Assembly: GCA_016928835.1 (NCBI GenBank)
Contig: JAFGJW010000014.1
Location: 27,751-91,750 of the forward strand
Length of the DNA stretch: 64,000 nucleotides
Source: Candidatus Woesearchaeota archaeon
GTDB taxonomy: Archaea; Nanobdellota; Nanobdellia; Woesearchaeales; GW2011-AR15
Direction: 5' to 3'
Shown here: positions 1 through 8,095 of the stretch, piece after piece
Numbering within the stretch: position 1 is the first letter of the stretch
Layout: every line of letters starts with the position of its first letter
Notes under the pieces: generated by a model
Database searches by the model: none
Seen by the model: only the letters and a program-made list of their open reading frames with translations
What the model was told of the DNA's origin: nothing
Program-made: the position numbers and the translations under genes

Positions 1-103
1 ACGGTCTGTGCAAAACTACTAAAAATTAGAATAAACATCATCAAGAGAGCTAACAGAAGTTTACCAATTTTTTTAGGATTTTTCATTTTCTATTAGTCTA
101 TTT

Positions 104-868
104 TTATATTTTAATTGATGCAAAATAAAACATGAGGGGCGGCAGGTTATTACCTGTTTGATCATCTTTTAATAAAAAGATTGTTTTAGCACCGCTTGGC
201 ATAATTACACTATGAACTTCGAAGTTATTAAAAAAGTCTGAACTAATTGTTCCTCTGTTTACAATTAGTTCGTTATTAACTTGCTTTGCATAATCATATA
301 TGAGTCCTAGTCTTAATGGGATTGTTGTTGTATACTCAGTGACATCAACTTTGGTGTTATCCGTGCTCAGTTCTATAGGATAAGTGAGTTTAATGAACAC
401 CGAATTTTTGCCAATTGTTGTGTCAACACTAAACTCTCCTAAGTTTATATCTCTACTCATATCTTTAAATGGTCTCAAATCATTAATACAGATAAATAGT
501 GTTTGTTCAACATAGTGTGAGATTTCATTTTCTATAGACTCAAGGGTTGGCATTTTGTCAGCACCGAGATAGTAATAATAAGCAGTGTTAATGTTTGGTG
601 TTAAAATTGATTCTGCCGGCAAATCAATGTAACCGCCTCTTTTAGAGATATAATAAACTGCAGGTAAGGCTGTATCATACAAACACATTTCAACATATGC
701 TTTGATAGATTCCTTTGTAGGAACAATCTTAAAGCTGTCTTTTATAGACGATTCCACCTCAGATTTTTTAGTTTTAGCTATGAGGAAGATTACAGAAACT
801 AAAATCAATAGGCAAATAATTAAGATGATAATTAAAAGGGATAACTGCCCTTTTTTCTTTAATATCAT
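104..868 (-). CDS. hypothetical membrane-anchored protein (N-terminal TM helix, no recognisable domain)
   Basis: Full-length ORF in the track; hydrophobic N-terminus LSLLIIILIICLLILVSVIFLIA; no motif recognised. Confidence 0.45.
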   Translation of the reverse strand: MILKKKGQLSLLIIILIICLLILVSVIFLIAKTKKSEVESSIKDSFKIVPTKESIKAYVEMCLYDTALPAVYYISKRGGYIDLPAESILTPNINTAYYYYLGADKMPTLESIENEISHYVEQTLFICINDLRPFKDMSRDINLGEFSVDTTIGKNSVFIKLTYPIELSTDNTKVDVTEYTTTIPLRLGLIYDYAKQVNNELIVNRGTISSDFFNNFEVHSVIMPSGAKTIFLLKDDQTGNNLPPLMFYFASIKI

Positions 869-926
869 TACACTTCTTTATCAATTACTAGTTTTATAAA
901 TCTTTTCTTATTAATAACAATATTAG

Positions 927-1222
927 GGCGATAGGGGAGACTTTCGAACCGGTTGCGAAGCTTTAGCTGAGCATAAGGGCTTGAGCGGAGCGAAACCCTT
1001 TTTGCGTATTACAAGGAAATTTAACGAATTTCCTGTACAAGAAATTCCAAGGGAATTTCTCTGTAACCGAGCGTAACCAGTTAATCGAACTCCCGCCACA
1101 GGATTGCTGTCAACCTCCGGGGGCTTGAGCAAAGCGAAACCCCCAGAATTTTTGGTTAAGCCTTTTAGCTTGTCTAAAAAGGTTACCACAGTCCTGTATT
1201 CTACCATTAAACTACTACCGCC
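927..1222 (-). tRNA. tRNA-His: tRNA-His (anticodon GUG) with encoded G-1 and two BHB introns: intron 1 at 1105..1185 (canonical 37/38, 81 nt) and intron 2 at 941..1083 (59/60 in the T-loop, 143 nt). Mature length 72 nt, CCA not encoded.
   Basis: Minus-strand read: G-1, acceptor GCGGTAG / CTATCGC (one G-U), U8, D-stem GTTT/GAAT, D-loop AATGGTA (GG present), anticodon stem CAGGA/TCCTG, loop C-U-GUG-G. Intron 1 forms helix-bulge(3)-helix(4 bp CTGT/ACAG)-bulge(3)-helix (AACC/GGTT). Exon 2 gives variable TGGC, T-stem GGGAG, TTCGAT. Intron 2 forms a second hBHBh' (TTCG/CGAA 4 bp central helix, 3-nt bulges ATT and AGT, 8-bp outer helix AACTGGTT/AACCGGTT). Exon 3 gives T60 + CTCCC + CTATCGC + discriminator C73, which pairs with G-1 as expected for tRNA-His. 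Confidence 0.75.
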
Positions 1223-1269
1223 ATAGAACATGAGAATTATAATCTGTTTAAAAAAATTTTGCTATAAGC

Positions 1270-2445
1270 TCAGATTATAGACTCAAATACCTTTTTATAG
1301 GATTTGGCCACATTTCGCCAAAGCATATGTCTAGTACTATTATACGCGTTTTGTCCCAGTCTGCTCCTCAAGTCAGAATCAGACAATAATTTTATAACAG
1401 CATTGCTGATTAACTCAGGTTCTCCAAAGTCATCTAATAAGATTCCCTGTTCAGGTGAAATAAACTCCTTAGCATATAAGAAAGGTGTTGATATGACTGC
1501 GCAGCCGCAGCCCATCGCATAGGATAGAGTGCCGCTGACAATCTGATCAGGGTTAAGCGAAGAGCATATATAGATGTCAGTTGCCTGCAAATACCTAAAT
1601 AACTCTCTTAAAGTTACATATTTGTTAATAAATTTTACATTTTTCTCCAGACCCAATTCAATTACCTTATTTTGAAGAAATTCTCTGTATGACTCACCCT
1701 CTGACTTAAGATATTTGGGATGGGTCACCCCAATAATCAGATAAAGAACATTAGGGTATTTTTCCACTATATCTGGCATTGCATCTATCACATATTCATA
1801 TCCTCTGCCAGAAGATCTTGTGCCTCTTCCGGGCCTAAGAAAACCAAAAGAAGTAATCAAATCTCTATCACTGTAACCAAGCTCCTCTTTCAATGACAAA
1901 TTAGATACATGCTCTACTTTGTGTATACCATGAGGGATAACCTCAATCTTTGATTCATCAATATTGTAATGCTCTTTAAGAATATCAACAGCATTGTTAG
2001 ACATTACTACCAATTTATTAGAATGGTTGGCTATTGCTCTAATAATATCCCTCCTGTGCTCAGAAGGATATGGCAAAACTGTGTGCAGAGTCGTCGCAAC
2101 AGGTTTTTTTAGTGTCTCCAAGAAAGACAGTAAATTCTCACCATAATCACTGCCAAAAATCTTGAATTCATGCTGCACACTAACTAATTTAGTATTCTCA
2201 TCATTGTTTATTTCATTTGCTGCAATAATATATTCTTTTGCATCAGCGTCATTTATCTGAAACATTACTCTATCATCATAATTATACTCGCTGTTATTAT
2301 CATTCATTGCACCAATTTTTGATTTCAGCTTTGGATTAGCTGCTCGGTTAAAAGCTGAAGAAAGATCATACGTAAAAGTGGCAATTCCGCATTTACGCGG
2401 GGGATATGTGCCAAGGAAATAAATGTAAGATTGCTTTTTTATCAT
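1270..2445 (-). CDS. GT-B fold glycosyltransferase (GT4-like), paralog A
   Basis: YFLGTYPPRKCGIATFTYDL N-terminal motif and C-terminal GT-B nucleotide-sugar region; ~45% identical by eye to ORF 3476..4627. Confidence 0.65.
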   Translation of the reverse strand: MIKKQSYIYFLGTYPPRKCGIATFTYDLSSAFNRAANPKLKSKIGAMNDNNSEYNYDDRVMFQINDADAKEYIIAANEINNDENTKLVSVQHEFKIFGSDYGENLLSFLETLKKPVATTLHTVLPYPSEHRRDIIRAIANHSNKLVVMSNNAVDILKEHYNIDESKIEVIPHGIHKVEHVSNLSLKEELGYSDRDLITSFGFLRPGRGTRSSGRGYEYVIDAMPDIVEKYPNVLYLIIGVTHPKYLKSEGESYREFLQNKVIELGLEKNVKFINKYVTLRELFRYLQATDIYICSSLNPDQIVSGTLSYAMGCGCAVISTPFLYAKEFISPEQGILLDDFGEPELISNAVIKLLSDSDLRSRLGQNAYNSTRHMLWRNVAKSYKKVFESII

Positions 2446-2586
2446 AAGAATATTTTTTGGTAAACAGCCCCATTATATTAATTTATCTAATAGAAAGTGC
2501 ATAAAGTCTCTGGTTCTTGTCCCAAAAAAACATATACACTGGATAAAACAAAAAATATTATAAAAGTCAAGCATATTTATTATTGT

Positions 2587-3483
2587 ATGGTGTTTAAAAG
2601 ATATCAAAATAATCCTATCATAAAGCCTGACCCCAATAGAGAGTATGAAAAAAACTTTACATATAATCCATGTGCAATTGTCCACAACAATGAGATATAT
2701 TTGATATATCGAGCAGAAGGAGATTCTGATGTTTCTACACTTTGCCTGGCAACAAGCAATGATGGCTATAACTTCACAAAGTATAATCTTAATCCAATTA
2801 TCAAACCCACAATTCCTGAAGAAAAAGGGGGCTGTGAAGACCCAAGGATAATAAAGATAGATAACACATTCTATCTAACATTTACTGCATACAATGGTAT
2901 GCAGCCTGTTACAAGTGCTACTATTAATACAGCATTCGCTGTCTCAAATGACTTGTTTAATTGGGAAAAAAAGGGGATTCTAGTTAAGGGGATAAAAGCA
3001 GCCACTATTTTCTCTGAAAAAATAAATGAAAAATATCTTATGTTAATTGGAGGAGAATATATAAAGCTGGGATGGTCAAGCGACTTATTTAACTGGGAAA
3101 TCGAGGACAAGCCAATATTGGATGTAAGAGAAGGCAAGTTTGATGACAGATATGTGGAGGTTGGACCCCAGCCATTGGTATTCCAGGATAAACTAGTTTT
3201 ATTTTTCAATACTGCAGACAAACAAGGAGTATTCCATCCTTCTTTAGCTATACTTGATAAAAAAGATCCACATAGAGTCATTTATAGAGCAGATACACCC
3301 TTAATGACACCTGCACAAGATTATGAATTGAAGGGCAAAGTAAAAAATGTGATCTTTGGTACAGGACTGGTTGAATTCAATTCTCAGTATTTTTATTATT
3401 ATGGAGCAGCAGATAAATATGTTTGTCTGGCAACAATTGAAAAAGACATATTAGAAGAATATTTAACAGGTTTAATTAGTTAA
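2587..3483 (+). CDS. GH130-family glycoside phosphorylase/hydrolase-like protein (DUF377 beta-propeller). The track ORF starts at 2497; an internal ATG at 2587 is the more likely start.
   Basis: YNPCAIVHNNEIYLIYRAEG and GCEDPRIIKIDNTFYLTFTAYNG motifs typical of GH130. A TATA-like 'attataaaag' ~25 nt upstream of ATG 2587 suggests a leaderless start. Confidence 0.65.
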   Translation: MVFKRYQNNPIIKPDPNREYEKNFTYNPCAIVHNNEIYLIYRAEGDSDVSTLCLATSNDGYNFTKYNLNPIIKPTIPEEKGGCEDPRIIKIDNTFYLTFTAYNGMQPVTSATINTAFAVSNDLFNWEKKGILVKGIKAATIFSEKINEKYLMLIGGEYIKLGWSSDLFNWEIEDKPILDVREGKFDDRYVEVGPQPLVFQDKLVLFFNTADKQGVFHPSLAILDKKDPHRVIYRADTPLMTPAQDYELKGKVKNVIFGTGLVEFNSQYFYYYGAADKYVCLATIEKDILEEYLTGLIS

Positions 3484-4627
3484 GATTTTGGTCAAATAGA
3501 TCAAGATATGATTTTGCCACATTGCTCCAGAGCATATGCCTTGTGAAATCATAACAATTCTGTCCCATCCTTAACCTTAGCCCTGGATTGGATAGAAGTC
3601 TAATTAATGCCTTTGTGTATGCTTTTGAATTGCCCATGGGCACAAGTATGCCCCGATCAGATGTTACTATTTCCTTTGCATGCATAAAAGGCATTGTGAC
3701 AACAGGCCTGCCGCAGCCCATTGCATATGACAGAGTGCCGCTTGTTATCTGGCCAAGACCTTTACCTGAAGAAACAAAGACATCTGTAGCTCTTAAATAT
3801 TGCAGGAGCTTATTTAATTTCAAATATTTGTTAACAAACCTAATATTTTTCTGAAGGTTTAAACCATCGATAAGTCCAGTCAGATAGTATCTGTATTTTT
3901 CTCCTTCCTGCTTCAAAATACCTGGGTGAGTTGCTCCAATAATCAAGTACAATAGATTTGGGAATTTTTTGACAACTGGCGGAAGCGCCTTAATGATAGT
4001 TTCATAATCCTTGCCTCCGCTTATCAAACCAAATGAAGTAATAACGAGCTTGTTCCTTAATTTTAACTTTTTCTTTTGCTTGCTGCTTCTTTCAAAAGGC
4101 ACTTTATGGATCCCATGAGGTATAACAGTTATTCTCTCTCTTGGTATTTTGTAATCATTTGTAAGTATGTCAACTGCTTTGTCAGCCATGACTATTAGAG
4201 CAGAGGTTTTTTCTGCCAGATACTTGATTGTGTATCTAAGGTTAGCAGGTGGTTTTGGCACAACAGAATGAAGAGTCAAAACAACAGGTTTCTCTATTGT
4301 CTCAAGAAAAGCGCTGAGATAATTAAGGAATTTCCCGCCATAAATCCCGAACTCGTGCTGCACACACACCAATTTTATTGAGCGGGTTTGGTTGATTTTT
4401 TTAGCCACATTGATATAATCCTCTATCAAAGTCTCATTAATATTATACATTACCTCCTTTGGATATTCAAGGTCAGTTGAAAACCCGTTAGTCAGTGCAA
4501 TAATTTTAGGCTTAGTCTTGTATATAGATCTGTTTGAGATAGCTGTGCTCAAATCCTGAGTAAATGTTGCAATACCGCATTGTCTTGGAGGATAGGTACC
4601 TATATATGCAATGTAAGAAGGTCTCAT
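3476..4627 (-). CDS. GT-B fold glycosyltransferase (GT4-like), paralog B
   Basis: YIGTYPPRQCGIATFTQDL; same architecture as 1270..2445. Confidence 0.65.
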   Translation of the reverse strand: MRPSYIAYIGTYPPRQCGIATFTQDLSTAISNRSIYKTKPKIIALTNGFSTDLEYPKEVMYNINETLIEDYINVAKKINQTRSIKLVCVQHEFGIYGGKFLNYLSAFLETIEKPVVLTLHSVVPKPPANLRYTIKYLAEKTSALIVMADKAVDILTNDYKIPRERITVIPHGIHKVPFERSSKQKKKLKLRNKLVITSFGLISGGKDYETIIKALPPVVKKFPNLLYLIIGATHPGILKQEGEKYRYYLTGLIDGLNLQKNIRFVNKYLKLNKLLQYLRATDVFVSSGKGLGQITSGTLSYAMGCGRPVVTMPFMHAKEIVTSDRGILVPMGNSKAYTKALIRLLSNPGLRLRMGQNCYDFTRHMLWSNVAKSYLDLFDQNLN

Positions 4628-4701
4628 CTAATTTTTAAGAAAATAAAATAGTTAAAAAGCTTTTCTATACTTTTCAAAAGAATTTCTGTATGGGGGCACA
4701 A

Positions 4702-5928
4702 TTACTTTGTCTTTATCTTCATGTCTCCTTGGGAACTCAAGAATTCTATCTTATTCTCCCGACTCAACCATCCTATTGCTAAATAAATTAAATCCTCTTT
4801 TCTCTTCAAAGTATTTCTTATTTCAGACAAGTTTCTTGGGGTGTCTTTGCACATTCTATAGATCTCTCCAGCTATTTTGCCAATCTCATAATTCATTTGG
4901 TATGTAACTTGACCAGGCAGCAGTTCGTTGAGCAATTCCGCAGTACTTACTGATGCAACCCCAATCCTTTTATCAGCAGCACCATAGTATATATAAAGTC
5001 TGTCATCAAAAATGGCTGCGCCTTCCGGGAATACAACATTATTAACATCTCCCTGGAGCTCCCAGTCCAATTCAGGAGAGAAAAGTGGTTTTTCTAGCCT
5101 TCCTCTTATCTTTGTGGGATTTGCTTTGTCCAGAAGGGCAGCTGCAGCATGATATACTCTATAATTCTCTGCATTTTGTACTGCATGATAAATAAAAATC
5201 CATCCTTTTTCTGTTTCAATAGGAGGACAGCCGCCCCCAATATTTCTGGATTCATACCAATACTTTGGTTCAAGTATAATATAATTTGGCAATGTTTCCA
5301 GATATCTTTTCCAATAATCCATATCTGCTAATTGCTTGAAATCATCAAAATATATTACTTGTATATCGGGCAGAATTCTATGGATTAATGCAAATTTACC
5401 ATTAATCTTTTTTGGGAATAATATGGCATCTTTTTCCCATAGCAGTACATCTTCACCTTTCACTTCTTTATAAAATGACTTGAAAAAGAAATATCTATCT
5501 TTTAATTTTGAATTAAGGAAAATCTCTCTAACATCATTGTACTTAATCTTTGGACTTATCACTCCTTTCTTTTCCCATTTGATTAAATCTTTGCTGACAG
5601 CATATGCAATAAGGGCATTCTTACCGTCATATGCTGTATAGAGCATATAGTAGGTCTCGTCAATACACACTATCCTAGGGTCCTCTACACCTTGTTTTTC
5701 ATAATCATTTTCAGGAAATAGTATAGGTTTTTGACTGCGCTGGGCAACTTTCAGAGGACCATCAAGTTTACAATACCCAACACAAGAACGAAAATCTTTT
5801 CCAACTGCCCTATAGAACATATGTACATTGTTTTTATCCTTGATGCAGGCAGGATTTAGCACAGCCTGGTTTTCAAACTCTAAGTCTGTAGCTTCAAGAA
5901 TTACTCCCTCTTTTTTTACACTTACCAT
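4702..5928 (-). CDS. GH130-family glycoside phosphorylase-like protein, paralog B
   Basis: VLNPACIKDKNNVHMFYRAVG and GVEDPRIVCIDETYYMLYTAYDG motifs. Confidence 0.65.
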   Translation of the reverse strand: MVSVKKEGVILEATDLEFENQAVLNPACIKDKNNVHMFYRAVGKDFRSCVGYCKLDGPLKVAQRSQKPILFPENDYEKQGVEDPRIVCIDETYYMLYTAYDGKNALIAYAVSKDLIKWEKKGVISPKIKYNDVREIFLNSKLKDRYFFFKSFYKEVKGEDVLLWEKDAILFPKKINGKFALIHRILPDIQVIYFDDFKQLADMDYWKRYLETLPNYIILEPKYWYESRNIGGGCPPIETEKGWIFIYHAVQNAENYRVYHAAAALLDKANPTKIRGRLEKPLFSPELDWELQGDVNNVVFPEGAAIFDDRLYIYYGAADKRIGVASVSTAELLNELLPGQVTYQMNYEIGKIAGEIYRMCKDTPRNLSEIRNTLKRKEDLIYLAIGWLSRENKIEFLSSQGDMKIKTK

Positions 5929-6021
5929 GCGCCACTATATTTATTATACTTCAAGCTCATTAATAAATCTATTCATAAAACAAGGCAAAAATTTAAAAAG
6001 AGAAAAAAATGCATTAAATTT

Positions 6022-6381
6022 ATGATTGAACTATTATTTATCCTGCTCGGGATACTAGCAGGAGCCATAAGCGGATTAATTGGGATAGGTGGAGGTGTTT
6101 TGATTGTTCCTGCACTTGTTTATCTTTTTGGTTTTACTCAACATAAGGCACAGGGAACAACACTTGCGTTACTAGTTGTCCCAGTTGGTTTTTTGGCTGC
6201 TTTAATATATTACAAAGCAGGCCATGTTGACCTAAGAATAGCAGCACTTATTGCCATTGGCTTTTTTATAGGTTGCCTCTTTGGAGCCAAATTTGCTGTT
6301 TCTCTCCCAGACATTTATCTACAAAGGATATTCGGAGTTGCTTTATTTATTTTGGCGTTAAGGATGATATTCTCAAAATAA
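6022..6381 (+). CDS. half-size TauE/SafE (DUF81/TSUP)-like membrane protein
   Basis: GLIGIGGGVLIVPALVYLFG motif; ~4 TM helices; 119 aa versus ~250 aa for a full TSUP. Confidence 0.5.
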   Translation: MIELLFILLGILAGAISGLIGIGGGVLIVPALVYLFGFTQHKAQGTTLALLVVPVGFLAALIYYKAGHVDLRIAALIAIGFFIGCLFGAKFAVSLPDIYLQRIFGVALFILALRMIFSK

Positions 6382-6417
6382 CAAAAATTTAAATAGTATT
6401 AGCCAATTGAAAAAGAT

Positions 6418-6963
6418 ATGATTCAAAGAGTAAAGCAGGATATTTTAGATGTTCTGTCAAAGGTAGTAGATGCAATAAAAAATCACAGGATCTACGAATT
6501 AAGGGAATTAAGCAATCATGTTATCCATAATGCCTCAATCTTCCAGGACAAAGACTCCATAAGAATTGCAGTCATTATTTATGCATTGTCTAAAATCTTG
6601 AAAGAAAGAAATGATTTTGAACAGATAGCGCTAAATAAGATGGAAGATGCCGGCCGGCTTCTTGAAAAAGATGATTTCAACAATTATGATATCTGCATAA
6701 AATCACTGCTAAGTGAAATTTCGAACCAAAGCACCAAAACAAGGTTCTATATTGAGGAAGTGCTAAAAAGAGCAGAGATTAGCAAGGCATCAAAGATGTA
6801 TGAGCACGGCATATCACTTGCGCAGGTAGCCGATGCATTGGATGTTTCCAGATGGGAGCTCATGGACTACATAGGCAAGACCACTATAGCAGATTCCTTT
6901 GAGGACATCAGTGATATAGATGACAGGCTAAGTTTTGCACGATCCATTTTCACAAAAGAATGA
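6418..6963 (+). CDS. UPF0175-like HTH protein (candidate antitoxin) with an extra N-terminal domain
   Basis: C-terminal HGISLAQVADALDVSRWELMDYIGKT resembles the UPF0175 HTH; 4-nt ATGA overlap with the downstream PIN-like gene. Confidence 0.4.
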   Translation: MIQRVKQDILDVLSKVVDAIKNHRIYELRELSNHVIHNASIFQDKDSIRIAVIIYALSKILKERNDFEQIALNKMEDAGRLLEKDDFNNYDICIKSLLSEISNQSTKTRFYIEEVLKRAEISKASKMYEHGISLAQVADALDVSRWELMDYIGKTTIADSFEDISDIDDRLSFARSIFTKE

Positions 6964-7652
6964 AAGCACTCGTATTTGACACAGGACCCTTGATCAGTTT
7001 GTCATTAAATAATCTGCTTGTTCTTTTGCCTAAACTAAGGGATAGATATAAAGGGGATTTTTTCATTACACCAGGTGTCAGGAGAGAGGCTATTGAAAGA
7101 CCTATAGAGTCAAAAAGATTTAAATTTGAAGCTTTGCAGGTATTAAAGCAATTGCATACTGCAATTCTTAAGATGTACGAGAACAATGAGCTCAAAGATA
7201 AAACTCTGAATCTATTGAACTTGGCAAACTCTATTTTCAAGGCTCATGATAATTATATAAAAATCGTGCATTATACCGAAACAGAGGTAATACAAAGCTG
7301 CCTTGATATGAATGCAGAAGCTGTTGTAATTGATGAATTTATCACAAGACAATTAATAGAAAATCCAGAAAAAGTAAAAGAGAGACTTGAGAAAAAGCTG
7401 CATCTGCCGATATATACAGATGAAAACAATTTAAAAAAGTTCCAGGAGATAACTAAAGGGATTAAGGTTATTAGGTCTGTTGAATTAGTTACCATCGCCT
7501 TTGAACTTGGCTTGCTTGATGAGTTTGCACTAGACATACCTGAGCCGAGAAAGACCTTGCTTGATGGATTATTATGGGGTGTTAAGCTAAATGGCTGCTC
7601 TGTTTCTCAAAGGGAAATTGAAAGGATAATTAAGATTGAGAATTCTAAATAG
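6960..7652 (+). CDS. PIN-like (DUF3368-type) nuclease-domain protein, candidate toxin
   Basis: N-terminal MKALVFDTGPLISLSLNNLLVLLPKL...ITPGVRREA matches the DUF3368/PIN-like opening; translationally coupled to the upstream ORF. Confidence 0.45.
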   Translation: MKALVFDTGPLISLSLNNLLVLLPKLRDRYKGDFFITPGVRREAIERPIESKRFKFEALQVLKQLHTAILKMYENNELKDKTLNLLNLANSIFKAHDNYIKIVHYTETEVIQSCLDMNAEAVVIDEFITRQLIENPEKVKERLEKKLHLPIYTDENNLKKFQEITKGIKVIRSVELVTIAFELGLLDEFALDIPEPRKTLLDGLLWGVKLNGCSVSQREIERIIKIENSK

Positions 7653-7815
7653 AACTATCTTTAGAGTTCTAATTCTCGGAAAAAGCAGTATTTTTCCAAA
7701 AGATTTATATAGTAGTTTCTCCTCTATTCATAGACGTGGGGTGTAAAGTAATGTGGGTATCAAGTTAAATATTTACACCAATATACAATTTTAATAATAC
7801 GGAGGTAGATAGAAA

Positions 7816-8049
7816 ATGGCAGAAAAAGTTGCACGAGCAGGTGTTAGAAAAGAAGGCGGCTATCTATATTTTGTAGATAAGCAAGGGGATGTCTCAAGAG
7901 CTAGAATGGCTCGAGGCGGCAGGAAAAAAGGAAAGCAGAAAACAGAGAAAGTAGCTAAAGTCGGCGTCAGAAAAGAAAGAGGATATCTTTATTTTGTAGA
8001 TAAAAGCGGAGACGTCTCAAGAGCTAAGATGGCTCGAGGCAGAAGATAA
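7816..8049 (+). CDS. small basic protein made of two ~37-aa tandem repeats (KVA.xGVRKExGYLYFVDKxGDVSRAxMARGxR)
   Basis: Internal duplication visible at both protein and DNA level (7824..7930 vs 7945..8045); GGAGG RBS 10 nt upstream; oligo-T tract downstream. Confidence 0.5.
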   Translation: MAEKVARAGVRKEGGYLYFVDKQGDVSRARMARGGRKKGKQKTEKVAKVGVRKERGYLYFVDKSGDVSRAKMARGRR

Positions 8050-8095
8050 ATTTATTTTTTATTTCTTTTTATTTTATGAATTCTAGTTAGTTTCA

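Noticed and set aside
923-1231. 102-aa ORF in the six-frame track
   Set aside because: The region is a tRNA-His gene with two BHB introns; the ORF is a by-product of the GC-rich structured RNA
923-1231. Possibility that this GC-rich structured patch is RNase P RNA or SRP RNA
   Set aside because: A complete tRNA-His cloverleaf with a GUG anticodon, G-1/C73 and two precise BHB motifs explains the whole segment. No RNase P CR-I/CR-V or SRP domain IV motifs were seen.
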